64,000 bases of DNA from Daphnia carinata. Its lineage: Eukaryota. Shown in pieces: positions 31,940 to 45,655 of this stretch. A program made the position numbers and the translations under genes. Numbering within the stretch: the stretch's first letter is position 1; each line of letters starts with the position of its first letter. The notes under the pieces are model-generated. The model was not told the DNA's origin. It searched no databases and saw only the letters and a list, made by a program, of their open reading frames with translations. The stretch lies in the NCBI RefSeq assembly GCF_022539665.2, contig NC_081331.1, forward strand, positions 14,198,001 through 14,262,000, given 5' to 3'.

Positions 31940-34900
31940 TGAGTTCATTTTCTGTTTCAAATTCCAACCGATGTGGAAAGGGGGACATGCAAAGTAGATA
32001 GGAAATATCATCTAGTTGTCTCTTGCACGTGATCGAATATCTTTTGGCAAGGGGTTTGTTACACGAACGATTGAGCAAGTTCAGTCAAGGAATGTGTCGA
32101 GCTCGGCGAATTCGATCCGCGTGATGTCGTCTCGATTACGAAAAAAAAAAAAAAACGAGCCGTCTTGTCTTTCGGTTGCGCAGCTCGGGCCAGACAACAT
32201 CACGCCATTTGAATTCAAGTTCATCGGACGTTCAGCTAAAGGAAATGCAGCCAATGTCCTCAGGTATCGCATTGGCTGACGTTAGGCGGACATGTTGCCA
32301 TTCCGAAACGTGCGCCAAACACATTTGCCAATCTAATTAGCCATTTTTGAAAGTTGCATTTGTCTTTTTGAAAGTCGCACGACAAACAATTTGTGGTACG
32401 CGCCCGTGCAACGCTGCCGCTACCGTGAAAACATTTTTTTTTTTTTTTTTTTTTTCTCGGGTGGGGAATTCGTGTTTGTTTTTTTTTTTGGCCCTTTATA
32501 GTGTGTATGTGTGTCTACACGCCGAAGAACAAGAGTACCGAGGGAAATGGCGAAAATATATTATTTATAATCAGGTGCGCTGGTGTTGCCAACTTGTTAT
32601 TGATGTCGTTCTTTTGTTACTTGCCTTGTTTTATATGTTTGTCTTTGAATTTCGATCGGCTGGAACTCTTCCAGGACGATTTATTACTTACATATCTGAC
32701 ATTCTGACAGTTGACATGTCGCAGGAAATTAATAATAAATAATAAAGAATGATAATAAGGGCAGATCGCCATCTAGCGAGCGAAAAAGGAAGTAGTAGGG
32801 AATTTCCCGTAAAGCTGTTTGTCTTTTTCCTTATCTGACAGGTAAAAAGAGACCTAGTGAGTGGCAGACAGTTTGTTTTTTTTTTTTTTTGTTTTTTTTA
32901 TGATTTTTCCTACAGCCAAATTTTCGTTGGAATGTAGGAAACTTTCGAAACAATTTCGCAAATTGAATGTGCGTATATTTCGCGTCGGAAAAGATGATGC
33001 AGAATGTCAAGCGAGAAAGGCACAAAGGAAAGGGGGCAAATACGACACTAAACGTTTGAAGACAGTAGTGAAGCAAAAATAAAAAATGGGGGTGGAGTTG
33101 TCCGAAAGAGACACATACACGAGAGAGAAAAAAGGGAAACGAGTGGAAACCGGGCCAACCATCGAAAAGTCAGTGCCTTGTGCAAGACACACAGAGTATA
33201 TGAAAACACGTACGGTGTCACCAGCCAAGAAAAGAAAAATCCCTTTTAACACATTCCCTTTTCTCTTTTTTTCCTACTGATTCGAGCTCACCCATTGGTT
33301 GTGTATACTCTAAAAAAGAAAATAATAAATGCCCGTTGCCAGTTTTTTTTTTTTTCTTTTTTTTCTGTAAAAAGCTTTTTTTTTGGGGGGGGGAGGAATG
33401 TCTTGGTGGTGCTGCTGGCTGGTGGTGTGTTTTTTTTTCCTTTAGTTGTCGATGGATGACACGCTTTGGGGGCCAGTCAAACGCCAACAGCAGAGCCAGC
33501 GGCTTTTGCTCTGGCTTGCCTCTTTTTTTTTTTTCATTCTTCTCCTTCTTTTTCGATAGATTTGTTTATTTGTTGTGTGTGTTGCCAACGTAGGCCGTGT
33601 AGTTTTTTGGGACTAGTGCACATATTCGTCTGCTTCTTGACGAGAAACAAAAGTTTGTGGCTTCAGTTACCTCAATTCTGGATATATCGAAAACCGCAGA
33701 ATTAAAACATCTTGTTTGCATGATCGCGTTTTTTGTGTGTGTGTGTGTGTGTGTACGTGTACGATGGAAAGACACGAGTGCTGTTGTAGCCGACAAGCAA
33801 GAACGTGAGTAATCTGATTTGTACAAGTATGTTGGCTCATTATTCATCATTTCCATGCCCTGCCAAACAACGAGACAAAAAAAAAAAAACAATGTTGGTT
33901 GTCCTACCTCATTGTCTTTGCCGTGTAGAAACTCGTTTCTGATTTGTGTGTATATCATTATCCTTCACTTAGATTTGATTTTTTTTTTTGAGATCAATGC
34001 CAATGGATGAAAACAGATTTGCCTTAAAACCAAAAGGCCATTTATTTATATCAAGTATGTCGTCTGCTAGGCTTTTTCGACGTTTCTTGGGCACCTGTTG
34101 AAAACTCGATATCATTTCTTTCCTCCTCTAAAAAAATATGAGTCATTTTTTTTTTTTTTTCCGTTATCGAGGGGTGGTTGTTCTGACCTTTGAAACGATG
34201 ACTATTGCACCACACGCTCTCGAAAAAACAAACAAGGAATTTGGCCACCCAGAATGTGATTAAGGCGATGACAACATCTTTCGTCCATTTCCTTGTATAG
34301 GGACAAGTGGCGACAAAAAACAAAACAAAAAACGAACAGCGACACGACGACGATTGAGTTGTTACATTTTCTCTTTTATTCGATTTATATGCACACACAC
34401 ACACACGAAGAAAAAAGAAAGAGGAAAAATAGGCTATTCTGCGAAATGAGAAATGGAAACGGAAAAGACATTGGATATCCATCAGTGCGATTGCTCCATT
34501 GAAAATATGAAAAACAAAATGGCAGTATAGAGCAATGGAGAGAGAGAGAGAGAGAGAGAAAGGCGAAAGGGAACTTGATCCGAAAAGGAATGTTATTAAT
34601 GCAAGTTATGAAAGGGCGGCAACGGCGGCGTTTCTATGAATAATAAGGCGAGCTCCGGATACCTGCACGTGTTCTCTCTCTCTCTCTCTTTTTTTTCTAT
34701 CACGTCCGAAAAAAAAAAAAAGAAAAAAAAAAGAGGAGCCCTGAAAAACCCAAAACTCGAAATTTTTCATCCATAATACGAAGCCGTGAGTGGGGGGGCC
34801 ACTATCTCGGCTAACGAGTTCGAATCCGGTCTGCGTCAATGTCGGGGCGAAAAGGAAGAAAATGAAAACAACAAAAAAAAACAGGGCACAAGAAAAGAAA

Positions 34901-36714
34901 AAGGTGAAAGAGAAAGGATATTTATTTATTTTTTTTTTTTTTTTTATGATGGAACAAAACAAAAACCTGTTTTTTTTTTTGTTTAAATAAATAAAAACAA
35001 AAAAAAAAGGTTTGTTGTGTCCATTGGTCCGTTTTGGGTTAGTGATTGGGCGGCCCACCCGTCACAGCATCCCCCCCCCCCCCACACACACACACACGCA
35101 CTAGGAAATTTTGTTTTTTAGTTTGTTACTAGAGTTACATCGTGTCGGTTTTCGATTGAGTCTGTTCCAGTTGGGAAAATGCGGATAAATGTGAGCGGCC
35201 TTTTGCGGCTGGCACAAACAGCTGATTGTGTTGTGATGGAGAGCTAACACACAAAAATTGTTTGTTGGCCATCCACCGTGTTTTTTTCTTTTTTCGTTCT
35301 CATCGTTGTTAAAAAAAAAAAAAAAAAAAAAGAACTGGGTTAATGATAAGCAAGAAAACCGCGGGCGCGCATGGAACGATTTCTCTTTTTCGTGTGTTTT
35401 TATTTATTTTATTTTATTTTTTTTTTTTCAAATCTGCCGGGTAAAGTTAATTGTATTTAAACTCAAAGTGTTTTCGTGGTTTGTGCCAAAAGTGGCATCC
35501 ACCTTATTTCTGCCTTTGAATCAGTGCGACGCCCCATCTGATCGGCCATTTGAAATCGACACGTTTTGCAGCCCAAAAAAAAAAAAAAAAAAAAAAAAGA
35601 ATAATCGCCTCTGCCTCGAGCTTTTTCATTGTCAGTGGGAAAAACGAAAGAAGGGGATATCTGAAAGTGGATCACGTGGAAAAAAAAAAAAAAAGAGAGG
35701 GACGTATTGAACAAGCCAATGAAGGACAGCAAATGAACTATTTTTATTTTTTTTTTTCTGTGCTGAAACAAGAGCAAATCATTTGGAATAAAAAATGGAA
35801 ACGTGAATCAAAAATGACGGTCGATGTGACGTCATCGTAATTTTTGTTTTGGTGTTCAAAAAAAAAAAAAAAAAAATCCAAAAATCGAAAGGTAAAACGA
35901 AAGAGAAAAATGGGAGAAGGTAAGAGCCAATCGGCCGGTGGTGGAGGAGGCAAAGTGCGTGGCCAGCAAAGAGCTCGACGTCTGGGCATTTGTCACCATT
36001 CGGGCTCCATTCTGCCGGCGCCTTTGCGACTCCTTCAGGATTTGGCAAAGGCCGCGACGCCGCCCAGCATCGTCATCTCCTCCTCTTGTTCCACAACGGC
36101 AACGTTGCAAAGACGGAACGCCATCATCCGTAAAAATAGCGCGCCAGCCAGAGCCAGGATTGAAATAGCCGGACAGGCGGCCTCTTGTAATCATGACGTC
36201 ACTCAACGGCGACTGGTGGCCGACGTCACGCACCCACAACATCAGCGTTGCTCTTTGACGGCCGTCTCGCACGGATTGTCCATCATCTCCACGTCGGCCG
36301 TCGTCGTCCTCTACGTTTCCGATCGACGTCCGTCTTTAGCCCGACATGCGTCGCAATCAGCTGATTGCCGCGACATTGGCATTCGACGCCATCGACGCCA
36401 ACCGAAAGCAAAACGAGTCTCTTATCCGGTGGCTGCGCGTCGCGTCCGGCGCTCGTGTGCCCGTCGACGTTGGACTTTGGGTCCGGCCACGTTTTGGATG
36501 CAGCCCAGCGGGGTATATAACAAACAAAAAAATGCGAGCCACACACACATGATAATCATGATAACAGAGCCCATTTTTTTTTTTTTTCATGTTTTTAGCC
36601 CGTCCAATTGATATAAAAAAAAAAAAAAAAAAAATAAAATAAAATAAAATAAATGTCCGTTCCAATTGTCATTAAAAAAAAAAAAAAAAAAAAAAATTCT
36701 TTTTTGGAACGCAG

Positions 36715-37129
36715 TTGCAGCGATTGGTGACGACGGGGGCTCTGCCGTGCAGCAAAGAAGAGGCCGCCTCCCTGGCCGCCATCCAGCTCCGCTTACAAGA
36801 GTGTTTGCCCAGCATTAAATTGGCCAGCTCTAAATTCTCGTCTCAACAGTCGTGCAATCCGCAACACAATCAGGTTGGCCATTTCATTTCTTCTCTCCGT
36901 TTTGTTCCCCTTTTTTTTTTTTTTTTTTTTTTTATTAAACGATGTCCGTCTTTTAGGAAAGCGCAACAAGACTGGCCGGTACGGTGCCAGAAGCAGCCGG
37001 CCAGCTGCTTCATCCGCCCAAAAGAGAGGACGCTGTTGCTGAAACGGTCCGTTCTTGTGACGACTTGCTGTTCCATTCGGTCACTGATTTAGCCAATAGG
37101 GGCCGTTTCGGTACGTCCGTCCCCACTCG

Positions 37130-37163
<34 letters not shown>

Positions 37164-40100
37164 CGAAGACGGCCATCGATCTTCCGTCGTTGTTACTCGA
37201 CGGAGAGCAATGCCATCGTGGTGCCCAGTTGGTTCTCTTCTTCGTTTGGCGCACCTTCCACACCACCGGCTACCGGATCGACGGAATTATTGGCCAGCAA
37301 CAACAGCTCCTATTCGCTGGCCAATCCCGTCGGCAATCAGGCCGATGTGTGCGTGTCTCACGCGTTGGTCGACTGTCTTCCGCCTTATTATTGGGAGGCC
37401 AAACACATGCCCCGCCTTGTCAAAGTCAGTTTGTTTTTGTTTTTGTTTTGGTTTTGGTTTTGGTTTTATTTATGCACATTCCAATTTTTTTTTTTTTAAA
37501 TTTAAATCCCCCAAAAATTAGGAGACGAAAAGGAAGTTGTTCCATTCGTCCGTCTACGAGTCGGAGGCTCAACTGAAACGACTTTACGTCCAGACGTGCC
37601 AACGATTGCCGGCCTTCAATTGTCACCTGTTTCACGTGCGCGAGATTATCAGCAATTTGCATACCAAGAAGAAGGTGAGTCTTTTCACGAAAGTTTGTTG
37701 CCCATTAAAAAAAAAAAAACAAAAAAAAAAAACAACTTTCCCTTTAAAAATTATTTATCACTTGAAGGGAAGGGGGGGGGGGGTAAATTATTCCAGCGGT
37801 CCGTCTTTTTTTTTTTTTTGGCTGGGAATTCCGTCACGCTTAAGATGACACCTCGACTTTCAAATTGACTCTGCAAACATTTTTGAAATGTCGTTTTTGG
37901 CTATTTGGAGAAAACCGCCGGCCAACGACGGACATCCATTCGTCGTGTCTCCCCATTTTCCAAATTTTTATTTTTTTCATTCGTTTTTTTTGTTTTTTGT
38001 TTTTTCATAAAAAAAAAAGTCGAATCGGCTTTTGGCTCTCGGGCCGTCGTCCATCTCGCTGCTGGATAGCAAGACAAGGATGCTGGCCAAATCCCAGTCG
38101 ACCAGCGATCTCATGCAGGTACAATGTCCTCGAATGCCCAATTATTTCATTTGAATTAAAATTTTGAATTTAAAAAACAAAAAACAAAAAACAAACAAAA
38201 CAAACAAAACAAACCAAAAGTGGCAATTGGGCGGCGGTCGATCGCACGATCGAGTGACGTTTGAATTTCGCGCCACTAGATGGAACGTTGTCGTTCCGTC
38301 GCCTTCGTCATTGCAAGATCTCGGCGCCGCCCTTTGGGATCTTCAACAGCATCTCAATCCGGCGTACACGGACGGATCGGACGCGACGCCACACGAGAAC
38401 GTCAATCGAACGGGCTCTTCTTCCCTACCGCGCCGGATGCTGGCCTTACCGCCGTCCTTCCCGGACGAGCTCAACATCCTGCAAAGGCTGTTGCCCTTCC
38501 CGGAGGAGGTGGCGCTCAAATTGACGGAGAGCTAATTTGAACTGTTCAACAGCGGCCCGCCCATCAACTACCTCTGTCACTACACCACAGATCTCACCGC
38601 CCGTCACCACCAAGCCTCGAGCGCTACCCACCAAACAGCGTCGCAGGCCAACGCCCAACCGGCCGCCAATGGAGTGCCTTCCCTCATCCATCGTTTCAAT
38701 GAGGTTTTTTTTTGTTTTTTTTTTATTATTATTTTTTTTGTTTTTTTTATGGGCCGGCCGCACCCAAACTGGATTATTTTCTTTTCATTAGCCAATTATT
38801 TAATAATAAAAAAAAAACAAAAAAAAAAACGAGACAAAAAAGCGATGGAGCGCATACGCCGCCCCGTGGGCCATTTGCGCTCCGCTAAAAAAAAACGTTA
38901 ATCGTTGCAGCAACAACAACAACAACAGACTATCAAATGATTGTTGTTGTTGCTGGCCACTTTCTCCCACGCGTGATATACGACTGGCTCACGAACGCGG
39001 ACAAAATTTCCGCACCGATGGCAGTTTTTTTTTTTTTGTTTTTTTGTTTTTCCCCCGTGAACGAGAATGAAAATTTTCGGCGTGTCAAATTGCGGGACCG
39101 GATGATTGACGTTTTCTTCGTGACGTTGAATTGATTACCATCTTTTTTTTTTTGTTTTTTTTTTTTTGTTGCAGGTGAGTTCATGGGTGACGCATCTGAT
39201 CGTCTCGCCGCCCAGCCACGATGAACGCAAAGCCGTCCTCTCCTGTCTCATTCGGACGGCCGTCATCTGCTGGAATTTGGGCAACTTTCACGGAGCCACC
39301 GAGATCGTCGTCGGGCTCAGGTAAACATCATTTCAAGGCCGTTTCTTTTGTGTTGCGTGCCGTTGATGCAGCTGATTGGCGCAATTAAATTTAGATCGGA
39401 CAAGTTGAAACCGTTTTGGCTGTCCATCACCGAAAAGGAGAAATTACCTCAACTGGATTTCTTGGCCGGCGCCCTACTGTCGAGACAAACCAGCGCAGAG
39501 TACAGACGGGCCCTGGCCCGCGCTCTTCGAACCCCAAACAGCCGCGTCGTCCCTTTTTTCGGCGTCTTCATCCGAGACCTCAAAGCCACACTGTGTCAAA
39601 ATCCCAGCATCATCGTCGTCTCCTCCAACGACAATGCCGTGCCCATCTTGAGAGTAACATTTTCTTTCGCATTTGCATTTTTGCCCGTCTTTTCATCAAT
39701 TCATTCAGTTTTTTTTTTGTTTTTTTTTTTTGTCTTTTTTTAAAAAATAATTTCAGCACCTGTCCGAGATCGGACGAGAGGATCAATTCTTAGCCTTTCA
39801 TGGAACGGGCGGACTTTTAAACGTCGATAAAATCAGGGCCGCTCAAAAGGTTTTGGAGAAGATCGCTCGTTATCAATCGGAGAAACGGCCAAAACGGACC
39901 GATCAAAGTTCCAGCGGTCAGTGTTCCAGCAGTGACAGTTGTTCAGACTCTGCCACGAGCGACGACGCGTCCAAACGCCACAGGCAAGGGTCGTCGGACT
40001 GGTCGGAGCGATGCCTCCGCCAACCCAAAACTGGAACGGATCATCGTGTGACGTTGTTCGACTTGTGCGGCCACAACGGCCTCGACTTGAGGACGGTGAA

Positions 40101-40862
40101 AGTGTTGACCAACGGCACGACAGTCATCCACTGCGAAGCCGACGGTTCCAGGGGAGTGCCCGTCTTATTGCGCCTGGAGCGCAGTCACGGCACTCTGACG
40201 TGGAGCCGAACGGCCTGGAACGGCGGCAACGTTGTCAGCAGCAGCAGCAGCAGCAGCAGCAACAGCTCGGACAGTTCATCTCTGTTCGCCAATCCCGACG
40301 TGGACATTACGGCCGGACTCAAACTGAAGTACGCCCTGGGTAATGGCCCGTCGCCCTTAACGGCCGGTGCTGGAGGCATGGGCGGTGCCAGCGATGGCGA
40401 AGTTTGCGGCGGAGGCATCGAAGAAGGTTACCTGGACGTCGCAGCTCTCAAAGAAGTGGCCCTTTCGTGCCGGGAAGGCGATTTCATCTCCATCGCCCGT
40501 CGTCACGGTACGTCAACGGTCCATTTTTGGAACATATGCATCTCATGAACTTGTTTTTATTTTAGCCATTCCGACGTTAGCCGACGGCCCTTGGTGCATT
40601 TCGTTGGTGTACGGACGCAATTTGAGCGACAATCGAGTCACGGTCTTTGTGTGTCCGCCTCTCGTTGCCCGCCATTGGGCCTCCTTTTTCCAGGTGGCAC
40701 TTCAGGCCGTCCGCCGGCAACAAAATGGCGGCGATCGGCGGCTCTTTTGGCTCAAAGAGCAATACCTTCAACTCTATTACATGTCAGTTTTTTTTTTTTT
40801 TTTATTTTATTTTTTTTTTTTTTTTGACATTTAAATCGGGTTACGCAACCAACACGTTCTTC

Positions 40863-40895
<33 letters not shown>

Positions 40896-43800
40896 AAGGA
40901 ATGGCGCGTGCAGTGGACCGAGGCAGTCGGACGTGCTCAAACTGTTTGGCGGAAGGGACGTGTTCCAGCAGCATCTGGCCCAATCGGCTGGACTTGGAAG
41001 TGGCAACCTGGCCACGGCTGAAATGGCTGGCCGAGGAAGTCCAGCCTCTGCGCACAAGAAGAAACGTTCCATCGCTGGAATAGCTCTGGTCAAAGACAAG
41101 ACGTTGCTCAGTTATCCCAGTTCGCCCGTCTCCGGGGCGGCCAACACGAGCAACAACGACATCTGCTTGCCGTGCATGACCAGCCCGAAGAACCGCAGGT
41201 TGGAATGGGCGACGTCATCCGCCAATGAAACGATGGAAAGCTTTGGCTCTTCCGACAGCCTGGACATGCTGTCCGTTGTCCAGCGGACGCAACGCGCCAA
41301 CACCGTGACCGCCACGCCTAGCGGAGCAACAGGAGCAACAGAATTTGCCAGCCAAACGTATTTCCTGCCCGGCAGGAACGACAACACGAAACGATTGACT
41401 TTCCCAGAGACGGTCAGTTTGTTCCAGTCGTTCAACATCGGCATGCGCAAAGATCTGATGGATTTGTTTTGCGAATGGTCCATTCCGACTCCTGCCAGCA
41501 TCAACAGAACGGGCGGATCGTCTCCATTAATGGGTGGGAGACAAGCAACGCCATCTAACGGCAACGTGTTCAACGAACTGTCGAGCGCTCTGGGACGAGT
41601 GATCACGGCCACTAATTTAATGCAGTTCATGGAAACGCAGCAACACGAATCGTGTTCATTCGAATCGGCCAAGGAATTGATTCTGCGCTTTGAGACGGAC
41701 GCCGTCTTGCGATCGAGCGGTCCGTTTCTCTCCTACGAAGGATTCGCCGCTTTCATGAGCGACGCGGCCAATTTCGGTTTCCGCAGCGAGCACTTGGTGC
41801 CCAGCGAGGAGGACATGCAGTACCCACTGGCCCATTATTACATCGCCTCGTCTCACAATACTTATTTGACGGGCCATCAGCTCAAAGGTGCGCCGGCCTT
41901 CATTTTCAATTGCCCCTTTACGTTTCATTAATGAATTTTTAAAATATAAAACAGGTGAATCGTCCGTCGAGTTGTACAGCCAAGTGCTGTTGACGGGCTG
42001 CCGCTGCGTCGAGCTGGACTGCTGGGATGGCGACGACGGCCAGCCGATGATTTACCACGGCCACACTTTGACGACGAAAATTCCATTCCGTTCCGTGGTG
42101 GAGGCGATCCATCGATCGGCCTTTGTCACGTCTCCTTATCCGGTCATCCTCTCAGTGGAGAATCACTGCTCGGTCCAGCAACAAGCCAAGATGGCCCAAA
42201 TCTTCCAGTACGTCTTCGGTGACCGGCTGGTCTCGCGCTTCCTCTTTGATTCCGATTTCTCCGACGAGCCTCGTCTGCCCAGTCCGGCCCAGCTGCGTTA
42301 TCGCATCCTCGTCAAGAACAAGAAATGGCACGCGGAAATTCCGCCCATGGTCGCCACTCTTCCGTCGACAGTCAACGTCGTCAACGTCGTCAACGGCCAA
42401 ACCAAAGTTGTTCCAGGACGGCCGAGGACAGTGACCGAAGCCAGGTATATCAAATCCATTTAAAAATCCATCCAAAACGTCCGTTTCATTTTGTTGTATC
42501 AAACAGGCCTTGTCCAGCTCGAGCTGGAAGCGTAGCCTCGTCAACGGTGAGTGGGGCCGGCTCGTTGAGTGGCGACGTCAGCGATAACAACGACGACGAC
42601 GATGCGGATCAAATGGATTACCCGACCCGAACGCAAATGCTGGGCGATCATTTCGCAGTGGCCAGCAGTTACGGAGGATCGTCCGAAGCGTCCGCACCTG
42701 GCACTCCTCAATTAGCCAATTGGAACAACACGCACACGCCGACGCATCGGGCCAGCTCCGACACGGAGAAGAGAAGGAGACGGCCGGCTTCGGTCCCGCT
42801 GCGCAAATCGCTTTCGCAAGGCGGAGTCCCCGAAGCCGATCAAGTTCATCCGTCGCGAGGGGCAGGTGCCAATGGCGGAAGCACGTGCAGTCCCGGCAGC
42901 CTGGAAGAAGATTTATTGAACGACAATGGCCAAAGCGTCGGTTCCAAAGTGAACACGAAGAAATCGGCCAACGTCGGCGGAAGTCAAATAGCCAAGGAGC
43001 TGTCCGATTTAGTTAATTATTGCCAGGCCACGAAATTCAGAGGTCTGCGCTGTTTGCCTTCAACGTCCGTCGGTGTCCGTCTCGCTAGCGGTCCGCTCAA
43101 GGTGAATCGTCGATTTTGATTCCAATTGTATTTCCATGATGTTTATTTTTGAATTGCTTGCAACAGTTGGGGACGTCTCCGTCCAACTTGTCCCGCAAGT
43201 GTCGCCATCCAGTGTTCGAATGTTGCTCTATTAACGAAACGACAGCCAAAAAATTGTGCCGCAAGCAGCCGACGTCCATTTTGTACCACACGGAAACGCA
43301 ATTGTTGAGGACGTACCCGGCCGGAATGCGGATCGATTCTTCCAACTTCAATCCGGTGCTTTTCTGGTCGTTTGGCATTCAAATGGTGGCGCTCAACTAC
43401 CAGACGGAAGACGCGGCCCTACACCTCAACACGGCCCTTTTCGAACAGATGGGCAAGTGCGGATACGTCCTCAAGCCGGCCCTGATGCGCGACCGGGCGC
43501 ACGTCATGTACCGACGCTTCAACCCCTGGGGCAAGGAATTCGACGGCCTTCACGTCCTCCACGTCAACTTGACTCTCATATCCGGACAGTACGTTTGTCC
43601 GGCCAATCCGTCGGCCGGCAGTCCGTTGCTGGACGTGGAAATCGTCGGCATTCCAGCCGATTGCGTCAAACACAAGTCGAAAATGGTCCAGCGAAACGGC
43701 ATCAATCCCGTCTTCCAGGATAAATTCCGCTTTACGGTCCTCTTCCGCGATTTGGCTTTCCTCCGGCTGACGGTGACGGACGTGGCTTCCAATCACGTCA

Positions 43801-45655
43801 CGGCCCAGCGTGTCATTCCCATCAACTATCTGAGGCCGGGCTATCGGCACGTCCGATTGAACAACACGCAAAACCAGCCGCTGCCGCTCTCTTCTCTTTT
43901 CATCCACACGAAATTCGAGGAGGAAGGATACGACGTCATTCACGGAAGTGCCAAAGCGACCCTTCCATCGTTGAACGTCCCCCTCATCCCGGGCAACGAG
44001 CTGGACTCTGCCGCCGATGAAGATCGAAGTCCAACAGCGCTGACCAGTCCCAGTCAGGAGGAGAATCCCGACGGGCCGGGAGGAGCCGTCAAACGGCGAA
44101 TGTTCTTCCTCATCGTTTACGGCGTCCAGAATGTGGGCGGAACGGGAGCCCAGGGTGTTGCGCCCAGCCGGAATGAAGAAGAGCCTTATGTGATTCTCAA
44201 AGTGACGCAGGATTGCACGTCCGAGACGGTCATCCGCAAAGCATTGAGCAAACTCCCGTCGGCGGCCAGCGCCACGCCCGTCCACCTCCAGTTGCACGAC
44301 TACCTTTTGCTGGAGGAAGTCAATCGCGGATGGGAGCCGTCCGACAGACTTTTGCCACCTTTACAGAGGATTTTGGATGCCCAAGAACGGCCACTAGAAG
44401 CGCAGGCCAAATGGCGAGGAGAAGGCCGGTTCATCTTACGCCGCATTGGAGATGATCCAAGTTCTAGGGCGTGGCTTTCGTCCATTCTCAATTCCAACCA
44501 GAAAATGAAATCTCGCAAGGTTCTATTTTTTTAATAAATCGTTTAGCTTTTTTCATTCTAATGTTTTTTTTGGGGGGGGGGTGTGTGGGGAAATAGATTA
44601 GTAAAGTGGCCGTCCGTCCGGAATCGTGCAAAGTGGAATTGAAAGAACGCAGCCGCTTGGAGGACGAAGACTCTGGTGATGAAGATGACAACGATGAGGA
44701 TGAAGATGACGATGATGTTGGATTAGCCGAAGAAGAAGAAGAAGAGGAAGAAGAAACGTTTCTTGTCTGCGTTCATAATGTCTCACCGGAAATTCCGTAC
44801 GCCATTCTTAAAGGCCGCGTGACCGACACGGCCAAAGACATTCTTCTCCAGGCGCTGCTCAAGGTACAACATTTGTTATATCGCATCATTTATTTATTTT
44901 TTTTTTTTTTTTTTTTTGGTATTAATTAAATTTTAATGAAATTTAGGCGAGAAAACCACACGAACTGGAACGTTACGTTCTTGTTGAAGAACGTGATTTA
45001 GGTCCATCTTTGGGCCGGCATCGTCGCGTCCTTCGTGACGACGACAATGTGCATCAGGTTCAAGCCAGATGGACCACCTTGGGCCGTTTCGTTGCTGTTG
45101 AACGAGGCAGGATAAGAGCGCGCAACGGGAACGTTGACTGGAACGACAAAGTTGGTCCAACGACGCCGGATATGAATAGGAATAAAACGGGCGCCATGCT
45201 CCGAGCGTCTCTGTTCACCAGACGATTACAACAGAGCACGAAAAATTCAAAACTGCAGGTTCTTAAATCTTTTAAATTTAAAGGTAATTATCCAAATATA
45301 AAATCGCAATTTTTTCGAATAGGTGAAGGAGATGTACAGCGATCCTGGATTAGGTCAGAGTGGCCGATCTCGTGAGCGGATTCGATCGGATTCGAGTTTG
45401 GCACGCGACGGAGTTCAACCGACCAGCAGCAACGTCCATCCAATCAAGAGTCCGTCTTCTCGCGATACGCTCAGCAGCCTGGAACAGTTTTCTCCGCAGC
45501 GGACGGCCTACTCTGAAGGCGAATGGAATGCGGATGACACGGACGCCGATGCCGACAGCGGCGGAGGTGGAGGAGGGAACCAGGATTGGGAGTTGCGCTC
45601 CACTGTCGCCAAATTGAAGAAAATGTCACTACGAACGTTCCGTCTCTGGCGATGA
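36715..45655 (+). CDS. PLCE1: Phospholipase C epsilon: FERM-like, CDC25/RasGEF, PH, EF, X, Y, C2, RA1, RA2 (exons include 36715-36873, 36957-37424, 37522-37674, 38020-38118, 38221-38703, 39175-39320, 39395-39653, 39757-40507, 40566-40782, 40899-41887, 41955-42444, 42507-43101, 43167-44519, 44597-44863, 44947-45258, 45323-45655)
   Basis: X-box [16 protein letters not shown]...[20 protein letters not shown] with both catalytic His. Y-box [16 protein letters not shown]...QMVALNYQT. RasGEF motifs [10 protein letters not shown] and [11 protein letters not shown]. Two RA domains. One in-frame TAA at 38533-38535. Confidence 0.93.

Noticed and set aside
32000..35900. Many 60-150 aa F/K-rich ORFs (also at 10.6-13.8 kb and 17.7-25.5 kb)
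   Set aside because: They are translations of poly-T/poly-A and microsatellite tracts in introns or intergenic DNA.
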